Shown: positions 19,101-25,552 of the stretch, in pieces | Numbering within the stretch: position 1 is the first letter of the stretch | Layout: the number at the start of each line of letters is the position of its first letter | Assembly: GCA_037381445.1 (NCBI GenBank) | Contig: JARRQT010000028.1 | Span: 1-25,552, forward strand | Length of the DNA: 25,552 nucleotides | Source: Calditrichia bacterium | GTDB taxonomy: Bacteria; Calditrichota; Calditrichia; RBG-13-44-9 | Direction: 5' to 3' | Made by a program: the position numbers and the translations under genes | The notes under the pieces: generated by a model | What the model was told of the DNA's origin: nothing | Database searches by the model: none | What the model saw: only the letters and a program-made list of their open reading frames with translations

Positions 19101-19161
19101 AGGAGGCGACCTTTCATTAAGGACTTTTCGGGGCAGGGACCATTTCTCAGGCTTGATAAAT

Positions 19162-20265
19162 TCAATCTTCTTCCTTTTCTTCGCGCTTGAAGACAACTTT
19201 CATCAAAATGGCGAACTCCTGCTCAAAATTTGGAGTGAATATGTTCTTGCCGATATTCTGTTCTATTTCCGAAATTTTCCAGAACCGTGCTTCGGATATT
19301 TCTCCCGGATCGGGATAAAAGGGACCGTCTTCCTGCAGCAGAAAACCGTGCACCAGCTCGCTTTCGATTTCATTGCGCATCACATAACGAAACAGGGGAT
19401 GAAATTTTCCGAAGGAGATACCCAGCTCTTCTTCTGCTTCCCGTTTGAGGGCGTGATCGATGGTTTCGCCACTGTGAACATGGCCTCCCACGGCGGCGTC
19501 CCATTTGCCGGGCTGAATATCTTTGTCTTCATTTCTTTTTTGAAGCAAAATTTCGCCCTGCGAATTGATGATATGCACATGGACAACGGCATGCAGCAGA
19601 TCGGGATTTCCGTGAACAACGCTTCGCGGCGCCTTCCCGATTATTTTACCCTCCGGGGTCAGAAGATCAAACCATTCTTCTCCTTCGTATTTTTTCCTTA
19701 TCCGGCGCTGGTTCCAGCGGGTACGGACAAATTCAATCAGCACCATTCCGCCCATGAGAATGTAGAAAAGCCCGCCGCTGATAAACGCCCAAGCTTCCCG
19801 GCTCATGTAATAGGCTGAGTAAAATATGAGGACCGTATGGCCGGCAAAGATGAAGAACATGCGGCGCATCATGACCCGCATCATATGAACCTGATCGTCG
19901 GAGAATTCAACACCCTTCATGTAGCGGCCGCTCATTTTTATGAGAATGGGATTGCGGGAAAATGCCGTTACTCCCAGCAGGACCACCAGAATCAGTTCAA
20001 CCAGACCGGGTTTGATTTTAAAGAAAATATCGTTATGCAGAATTATCGAGGTGAGACCCAGGAGAACAATAAGCCCGGTGTCAAACAGGATAAACTTGTC
20101 CACCCGTCTCTCTTTTATGAGGATGACCAGGAATTGTGAAATCCCGAAGACAATGGCAATTACCAGTCCCGCGGTCATTCCGAAAAATTCATCGGCGATA
20201 ATAAACACCAGAATCGGAAGAAAACCGATGGTGATGTTTTTTATCAATGTTTTTCTGTCCAGCAT
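19162..20265 (-). CDS. Fusion of a YciB/IspZ-like membrane domain and a C-terminal Nudix hydrolase (IDI/YfcD-like)
   Basis: N-terminal FLP...F, LGLTSIILHND.FFKIKP and several transmembrane helices. C-terminal LH.VVHV.I, LLQKR...K...PGKWD and Nudix box GGHVHSGETIDHALKREAEEELGI. Confidence 0.85.
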   Translation of the reverse strand: MLDRKTLIKNITIGFLPILVFIIADEFFGMTAGLVIAIVFGISQFLVILIKERRVDKFILFDTGLIVLLGLTSIILHNDIFFKIKPGLVELILVVLLGVTAFSRNPILIKMSGRYMKGVEFSDDQVHMMRVMMRRMFFIFAGHTVLIFYSAYYMSREAWAFISGGLFYILMGGMVLIEFVRTRWNQRRIRKKYEGEEWFDLLTPEGKIIGKAPRSVVHGNPDLLHAVVHVHIINSQGEILLQKRNEDKDIQPGKWDAAVGGHVHSGETIDHALKREAEEELGISFGKFHPLFRYVMRNEIESELVHGFLLQEDGPFYPDPGEISEARFWKISEIEQNIGKNIFTPNFEQEFAILMKVVFKREEKEED

Positions 20266-20474
20266 TTGCCGATCCGTTTTTTATTTTGATCAGAAATATA
20301 AAATGGAAATGTCCATGAAGGAACGGCAAAATGAATCTCTTTCATCACGGGATTAGAAGACTCAGAGGCATTCCTGTGAAGATCGCGTATTGGATTAGCT
20401 TTTGCCGAGAGATTTATGTATCCATGAAAGATTGTAGGGGAATGATGCTGTGGAAGGTTTTGAAATAATGCTGT

Positions 20475-20500
20475 AAAATAAAATAGGGGCTTTTCGCCCC
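20475..20500 (-). terminator. Terminator after the HAD / 69-aa gene pair
   Basis: Minus strand reads GGGGC-GAAAA-GCCCC followed by TATTTTATTTT, just after the stop codon. Confidence 0.7.
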
Positions 20501-20505
20501 CTCTA

Positions 20506-20715
20506 TTAATTCATTCTGGTTTTGGCCAGACGCATGATTTTTTGTATGTCAACTCCTTCGTCCTTTGAAATTTGCAGCGCTTCCTTCAAAAAATATTCAT
20601 CCAGAGTTCTGTAGTAGTCCTCGAGGTAGATCAGAACAAGTTCTTCCGATTCTTCCTTGCTCCAGTCCCGCCATTCCCAGGATTGTCTGCTTGAACCATT
20701 TCTCGGATTTTCCAT
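20506..20715 (-). CDS. Small acidic helical hypothetical protein (69 aa)
   Basis: Strong RBS AAAGGAGGGG, 18 nt after the HAD stop, and followed by a terminator. Confidence 0.75.
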   Translation of the reverse strand: MENPRNGSSRQSWEWRDWSKEESEELVLIYLEDYYRTLDEYFLKEALQISKDEGVDIQKIMRLAKTRMN

Positions 20716-20733
20716 GATATATATGCCCCTCCT

Positions 20734-21372
20734 TTAATAAAGCTTTTTTAATACTACCAATAATTCCTTAAAGTCGTTCACTACCACATCCGCCTCTTTC
20801 AAATGGTAAGGATTCAGTGTTGTGGCGATGGCAACGACTTTCATTCCGGCGGCTCTGCCGCTCCGTATGCCCAACGGCGCATTCTCCAGAACAATGCAGT
20901 CTCCCGGCAGGTAGTTGAGCTGATTGGCCGCCGCTAGATAGGGTTGAGGGCTGGGTTTGGTTTCCTCCACATCATCGCTGGTTATGATACTGCTGAAATA
21001 ATTCAGCAAACCATAACCTTCCAGTGTCGATACCACCCGATCACGATTTCCGCCGGTGACCACGGCCATTTTCAGTTCCTTTTCTTTTGCCCAGTTCAGC
21101 ACATCCAGTAAATTGGGATAAAATTTGATTTTCTTTATTTGGTCATAGTATTCCTGTTTTTTTCTGATGATTACTGATTCTTCCTCCGGCGGAATATTAT
21201 ATTTTCGCCTCAGTTGCGAAGCTACAACCCGAATGCCCTGTCCTTCCATCATATATAACTCTTCCGGCAGCATCTCAATTCCATATTCGAGAAATGTCCT
21301 TCTCCATCCCTCAAAATGGTCTTCCATACTCTTTACCAAAACGCCGTCAAAGTCAAATAATAATGCTTTCAT
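20734..21372 (-). CDS. HAD-superfamily phosphatase (subfamily IA, beta-phosphoglucomutase-like)
   Basis: Motif I FDFDGVL, motif II VVTGG, motif III KPSP.PY, motif IV VLENAPLG...G.AAGM. Confidence 0.92.
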   Translation of the reverse strand: MKALLFDFDGVLVKSMEDHFEGWRRTFLEYGIEMLPEELYMMEGQGIRVVASQLRRKYNIPPEEESVIIRKKQEYYDQIKKIKFYPNLLDVLNWAKEKELKMAVVTGGNRDRVVSTLEGYGLLNYFSSIITSDDVEETKPSPQPYLAAANQLNYLPGDCIVLENAPLGIRSGRAAGMKVVAIATTLNPYHLKEADVVVNDFKELLVVLKKLY

Positions 21373-21529
21373 TTTATCCTATCTTTTTTCCTGAGTTTTG
21401 TATCAACAATACATTCTCAGGTTCCCAATATAAAAATGATTTTTCGGGTACCTGTGACAAATCCGTCAAATTCATATTTTCTGCTTTTGCCGGGAAATTT
21501 ACTTCCGAATCGAGATCGCGATTTTTAAT

Positions 21530-21558
21530 TTGATTCAACTTCTTTCTCCCTCTATATT
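21530..21558 (+). promoter_or_regulatory. Putative promoter of the small Cys-rich gene
   Basis: TTGATT-17 nt-TATATT. Confidence 0.55.
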
Positions 21559-21599
21559 TTCATTTTATTAGATGAATCGCCGGATAAATGGAGACACAA

Positions 21600-21824
21600 A
21601 TGGACGATAAAAATGATTTCAATGCCGGAGTAAGCTCCTCAAGGATAAAATTTTGCGATATGCGCTGCGAACATGCCAGTTTTCCCAAAGACAGGGACAT
21701 TGACGGGTCCGGTTCCTGCAGGACTTATCTGGCTCTTTGGTGCAATCAGTTGAATGAGTATGTTACGAAGAATGCGCCGTGTTCGGTGATTTTCGGAAAA
21801 CGGCGGCCCAAAACAAGCTGGTAA
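21600..21824 (+). CDS. Small Cys-rich hypothetical protein (74 aa; 78 aa if started at 21588)
   Basis: GGAG lies 6 nt before the ATG at 21600. Five Cys residues. It has its own promoter-like element and fills the gap between flanking genes. Confidence 0.7.
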   Translation: MDDKNDFNAGVSSSRIKFCDMRCEHASFPKDRDIDGSGSCRTYLALWCNQLNEYVTKNAPCSVIFGKRRPKTSW

Positions 21825-21829
21825 TTTAT

Positions 21830-22720
21830 CTACTCATTTTTGACGTATCTGGCATACAGATCGTCCAGAATACTGCGGGAGCGCAGGCGTCTGATAGAGA
21901 TATTCTCTTTTCTGCATTCTGCGATCAAATCCTGCATGACTGACTGTCTGGCGATGAACTCAATCTTAAGGCTGTTCTTATTTTGTCCCTGGCTGCGAAT
22001 TTCAATTTCCGGGTATTTCCCCAGTATTTTTAAAAATGCAGGTTCGGTTTCAATGGTAAAAATATCGGTTTCCTGCCCGGCGAGCTGCAGATCCTTTATG
22101 ATACTGCCCTGATGGAAAATCATGACCCGGTCGCAGAAATTTTCCACATCGGAAAGATTATGGGAAGTATAGAGCATCGTAAAACCCTCCAGACCTTTAA
22201 GCAATCCCCGCAGGGCCTGCTGTCCGGCAGGGTCCAGCCCGGACATGGGTTCATCCAGCAGCAGGATTTTGGGCCTGTGCACCAGCGCCAGTGCCAGTTG
22301 CAGCCTTTGCACCATTCCCTTGCTGAAGGAGTCCAGCAGTTGATTCCGGTTTTTATCCAGTCCGGACCAAAGCAGAAGCTCCTCCGCCCGCTTTTTAATA
22401 ATTTCCTTTGGCAGCCGGGACATTCTTCCCGACAATATCAGCAGTTCCTGCGGGGTGAAGTTTTCCAGGCCCTCCTGATGCTCAGGCACGAAGCCGACAT
22501 ATTTCTTTGCTCTTTCGAGATCGGAATCGCCCATTATTCTAATCTCTCCCGAATCGGGGCGGATGAAATTCAGGATCAGCCTGAACAGGGTGGTCTTTCC
22601 CGAACCATTTGCCCCGATGATGCCAACCTGTTCGTTTTCAGCAACCTTGAAAGATATATCCCAGAGGGCAGGTTCCGTCTGGTGCGGGTATGTTTTGCGC
22701 AGATTCAAAATTTCAATCAT
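21830..22720 (-). CDS. ABC transporter ATP-binding protein (ABC-2/DrrA-like)
   Basis: Walker A GANGSGKTT, signature FSKGMVQRL, Walker B LLLDEP, H-switch TSH. Confidence 0.93.
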   Translation of the reverse strand: MIEILNLRKTYPHQTEPALWDISFKVAENEQVGIIGANGSGKTTLFRLILNFIRPDSGEIRIMGDSDLERAKKYVGFVPEHQEGLENFTPQELLILSGRMSRLPKEIIKKRAEELLLWSGLDKNRNQLLDSFSKGMVQRLQLALALVHRPKILLLDEPMSGLDPAGQQALRGLLKGLEGFTMLYTSHNLSDVENFCDRVMIFHQGSIIKDLQLAGQETDIFTIETEPAFLKILGKYPEIEIRSQGQNKNSLKIEFIARQSVMQDLIAECRKENISIRRLRSRSILDDLYARYVKNE

Positions 22721-23062
22721 TATATCCGCCTTGTGAGCTTCCCTGGTTCTGTTGATGGACGGGGTATCTGTATTTAGTTAATAGAAGAAGATGATTTAAT
22801 CGAAATTTGCATTTCATCGGAAATTCAATTCTGGTTTCGAATTCATTTCTCTTCAGTGACTCCCAATGAAAAAATCAGGAGAGGAATTCTTGTCCCCTTT
22901 GAGTCACACGTCCCTTTTCGTAATAATTTTGTACAAAACAATACAGTTAAATTTTTTATACAGGGGAAGAACCGCCTGTTTTCTCTTGCATCGTTAAATT
23001 ATATTCATAAATTAAATATACAAAATGAAAATTATAACATAAAAATTGAGAGGAAGGATGTC

Positions 23063-23602
23063 ATGGCCGAAGATATGAAAATTCCCGAAACCACGGAAGA
23101 GGTGTTAAAAATAGCATTGGAAATGGAGGAGGAAGGATATCGCACCTATACCGATGGAGCCAAAAAAGTGCATAATTCTCTGGGCAGACGAATGCTGGAA
23201 AGACTGGCGCAGGACGAAATCGCACACATGGAGCGGATCCGTGAGGCCTACGAGGCACTGGAGGGAAAACGAAGCTGGGAAGATGTTTCCATGCACAACA
23301 GCGGGGATGCGCCAACATTTGAGAATATTTTCAATCGTCTGCGCGGTGAACTCAATCGCTCGCTGGAGGAATTGGGCCAGCGGGGCGTAGATGATGAAGA
23401 GGTGATTGAAACTGCGCTAAACCTGGAGAGTCATGGCAAATTCTTTTACGCGGAGGCGGCGAAGAAAGCAAAGGACCTTAAGGTGAAAGAATTCCTGGAA
23501 ATTCTGGCTAAAGAAGAAGAATCTCATTATAAAGCGCTGCGGAATATCAACAATTTCATGGCGGACCCGGCCAACTGGTTCGCGACGCAGGGCAAATTCT
23601 AA
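23063..23602 (+). CDS. Rubrerythrin/ferritin-like di-iron four-helix-bundle protein
   Basis: Duplicated pattern A..ME.....Y / LA.DE..H and AL.LE.....FY / LA.EE..H. RBS GAGGAAGGA precedes the ATG at 23063. Confidence 0.9.
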   Translation: MAEDMKIPETTEEVLKIALEMEEEGYRTYTDGAKKVHNSLGRRMLERLAQDEIAHMERIREAYEALEGKRSWEDVSMHNSGDAPTFENIFNRLRGELNRSLEELGQRGVDDEEVIETALNLESHGKFFYAEAAKKAKDLKVKEFLEILAKEEESHYKALRNINNFMADPANWFATQGKF

Positions 23603-23666
23603 GGACTGCTGATAGTCAATTGTCCTTGGTATTGCTTTTAAAGCAAGCGTGCGCCGTGCAGATAAT

Positions 23667-23705
23667 AAAAAACTCCGGTTACAGAATGAGCGAACCGGAG
23701 TTTTT
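23667..23705. terminator. Bidirectional intrinsic terminator
   Basis: AAAAACTCCGGTT-12 nt-AACCGGAGTTTTT, a perfect inverted repeat between convergent genes. Confidence 0.85.
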
Positions 23706-23734
23706 AATATATCTTTTTGTCTGCTGTTTACTTT

Positions 23735-24862
23735 TCAGGGAGTCAGCATACTCCATAGAATACCGGCAGCGATGGCTGAGCCAATCACGCCCGCGACATT
23801 GGGGGCCATGGCGTGCATGAGCAGGAAATTATTGGGATCCTCTTCCTGCCCCACAACTTGCACCACCCTTGCGGAATCCGGTACTGCGGAAACGCCTGCC
23901 GCACCCACCAGTGGATTAATTTTTTCTTTCAGAAAGACATTCATTAATCGGGCAAATAATACGCCGCTGGCGGTGGCGATGGCAAAACTGAAGGCGCCCA
24001 GAATAAAAATTCCAATGGACTTGGCGGTCAGAAAAGTTTGGGCCTGAGTACTGGCGCCCACGCAGAGCCCCAGCAAAATAGTGACGATATCGATCAGGGC
24101 ATTTCTGGCGCTGTTTGCCAGCCGCTCGGTGACCCCCGATTCTTTTAAAAGATTTCCCAGAAAAAGCATTCCCAGAAGAACGATGGCCCCCGGGGCAATA
24201 AATGCGATTATGAGAAAGCTGACTATGGGGAACAGGATTTTTTCTGACTTGTTCACGAGTCTGGCGGGCTTCATATGGATTTTTCTCTCCTCTTTGCTGG
24301 TGAGGAGCTTCATAATCGGCGGCTGGATAACCGGCACCAGCGCCATATAGGAATATGCAGCAATGGCAATGGCACCCAGAAGGTGCGGGGCAAGCTGGGA
24401 GGATAGAAAAATCGCCGTCGGGCCGTCTGCCCCGCCGATGATCCCAATGGAACCCGATTCGGCGGGATTGAATCCCAGCATCAGGGCGCCGATAAAAGTC
24501 AGGAATATGCCCATCTGCGCGGCGGCTCCCAGCAGCACCAACTTGGGATTGGAAAGAAGCGCCGAGAAATCGGTCATAGCCCCGATTCCCAGAAAAATGA
24601 GCGGCGGATAGATACCCTTTACCACACCAAAATAGAGGTATTGCAGTACGCTGCCCTGGTCGTAAACACTGAGGGACATTCCGGCTCCGTAAGGGATATT
24701 GCCGATAATAATTCCAAAGCCGATGGGGACCAACAACAGAGGTTCATAATGCTTACGGATACCAAGATAAAGGAGAATGCACCCCACAATGAGCATAATG
24801 CCATTACCAAGGGTAATGTTATAGAATCCGGTTCCTTCTATAAAATTGATAACGCGAATCAT
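23735..24862 (-). CDS. oadB: Na+-translocating decarboxylase beta subunit (OadB/MmdB/GcdB)
   Basis: Motifs YEPLLLVPIGFG, PPLIFLGIGAMTDF, IGIIGGADGPTAIF, AAYSYMALVP, GAAGVSAVP and HAMAPNVAGVIGS. Confidence 0.95.
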   Translation of the reverse strand: MIRVINFIEGTGFYNITLGNGIMLIVGCILLYLGIRKHYEPLLLVPIGFGIIIGNIPYGAGMSLSVYDQGSVLQYLYFGVVKGIYPPLIFLGIGAMTDFSALLSNPKLVLLGAAAQMGIFLTFIGALMLGFNPAESGSIGIIGGADGPTAIFLSSQLAPHLLGAIAIAAYSYMALVPVIQPPIMKLLTSKEERKIHMKPARLVNKSEKILFPIVSFLIIAFIAPGAIVLLGMLFLGNLLKESGVTERLANSARNALIDIVTILLGLCVGASTQAQTFLTAKSIGIFILGAFSFAIATASGVLFARLMNVFLKEKINPLVGAAGVSAVPDSARVVQVVGQEEDPNNFLLMHAMAPNVAGVIGSAIAAGILWSMLTP

Positions 24863-24864
24863 CC

Positions 24865-25299
24865 TTATTCTCCAATCTTTACCAGTGGTGCATTTTCGAG
24901 GACTGCATCTCCTTCTTTGACATAGATTTCTTTGATGGTTCCTGCTTTTGTGGCTTTGATTTCGTTCTCCATTTTCATCGCTTCCATCTTAAGGACTGTC
25001 TGGCCGCTCTTGACGGCATCGCCGGGCTTGACAAGAATGGAGAGTATGAGTCCGGGCAGGGGAGATACAATATCATTCGCGGAAGCTGTGGGTGCTGCTG
25101 GCATGGCGACGGTTTCGGAGACTACAGGAGATTTGCGAACCGGTTTTACATCCAGCGGTTCCAGATGTCTCGTTACTTTCCGTTCTACGCCCACTTCATA
25201 TTCTTCACCATCAACCTCCACCACAGCGGTATCCGTCTGCAGTTTTTTGATTACCACGTTATAAGGTTTGTCATTGATTGTTACCACATACTCTTTCAT
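24865..25299 (-). CDS. Stand-alone biotin carboxyl carrier subunit (MmdC/GcdC-like)
   Basis: Biotinylation motif EAMKMENEI, SPLPG, and an Ala/Pro-rich linker. Confidence 0.93.
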   Translation of the reverse strand: MKEYVVTINDKPYNVVIKKLQTDTAVVEVDGEEYEVGVERKVTRHLEPLDVKPVRKSPVVSETVAMPAAPTASANDIVSPLPGLILSILVKPGDAVKSGQTVLKMEAMKMENEIKATKAGTIKEIYVKEGDAVLENAPLVKIGE

Positions 25300-25323
25300 A
25301 ATTCCCTCTTTATTTCAATTCTC

Positions 25324-25552
25324 TTATGGTTGCCGCATGGTCGCGGGACGGGATGCTACCACCCACGGGGACATTTCCTGTTCTATATTCCGCAGAGTAA
25401 TTACCGAAATCTCTTCTTCTTCCAGTTCATAAGCCAGCGCAACACCAATCGCTGCCGCAATTTCGCGGTAGGTTGTCTGTTTGGCCGGGCTCCTCGTCCG
25501 GGCCGGGCGGCGCGGGCAAGGGCGACTTTCCGATCCCCGACTGGTTCCGCCT
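25324..25552 (-). CDS. OadG/MmdD-family small subunit, C-terminal part (truncated by the window edge)
   Basis: Manual translation gives ...YREIAAAIGVALAYELEEEEISVITLRNIEQEMSPWVVASRPATMRQP*. The EIAAAI..AL and S.W motifs are typical of this family, and it lies directly upstream of the biotin carrier. Confidence 0.75.
   Translation of the reverse strand, partial: GGTSRGSESRPCPRRPARTRSPAKQTTYREIAAAIGVALAYELEEEEISVITLRNIEQEMSPWVVASRPATMRQP

Noticed and set aside
18925..19818. 297-aa plus-strand ORF, and similar long antisense ORFs at 3288-3977, 10128-10742, 10776-11483, 16703-17281 and 22112-22777
   Set aside because: They lie antisense to well-supported genes and have no recognisable motifs; these are shadow ORFs.
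20262..20333. Inverted repeat (TTTGCCG.TCC / GGA.CGGCAAA) that could hide the start of the YciB-Nudix gene
   Set aside because: The loop is long and contains the likely TATATT -10, so the distal arm would probably not be transcribed.
22856..23062. 69-aa N-terminal extension of the rubrerythrin-like ORF
   Set aside because: It is AT-rich promoter-like sequence, and a good RBS precedes the ATG at 23063.
1..25552. CRISPR arrays, tRNA/rRNA genes, IS elements, integrases, prophage or defence genes
   Set aside because: No regularly spaced repeats, cloverleaf patterns, or transposase, recombinase or nuclease motifs were seen.

Overview
Gene-dense chromosomal window, probably from an FCB-group bacterium. 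The Calditrichota/KSB1/Ignavibacteria-like assignment is inferred from gene families and is not certain. Contents in order: the 3' part of a DUF5916 outer-membrane gene; a Tat-motif C45 Ntn-hydrolase; a minus-strand operon (threonine-synthase-like PLP enzyme, mocA-like, xdhC, xdhA, xdhB); glyA; a lipoprotein / beta-barrel / TPR trio; glnA; a small protein ending in a UvrD/PcrA-type Tudor-like domain; a cyclase/KynB; a YciB(IspZ)-Nudix fusion; two small hypotheticals; a HAD hydrolase; an ABC ATPase with no adjacent permease; a rubrerythrin/ferritin-like protein; and the end of a Na+-translocating decarboxylase operon. I saw no rRNA, tRNA, CRISPR array, mobile element or defence system. The best leads are the xanthine dehydrogenase operon with unexpected partners, the helicase-less Tudor protein, the YciB-Nudix fusion and a terminator in the glyA leader. 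All calls come from reading motifs by eye; no database searches were run.
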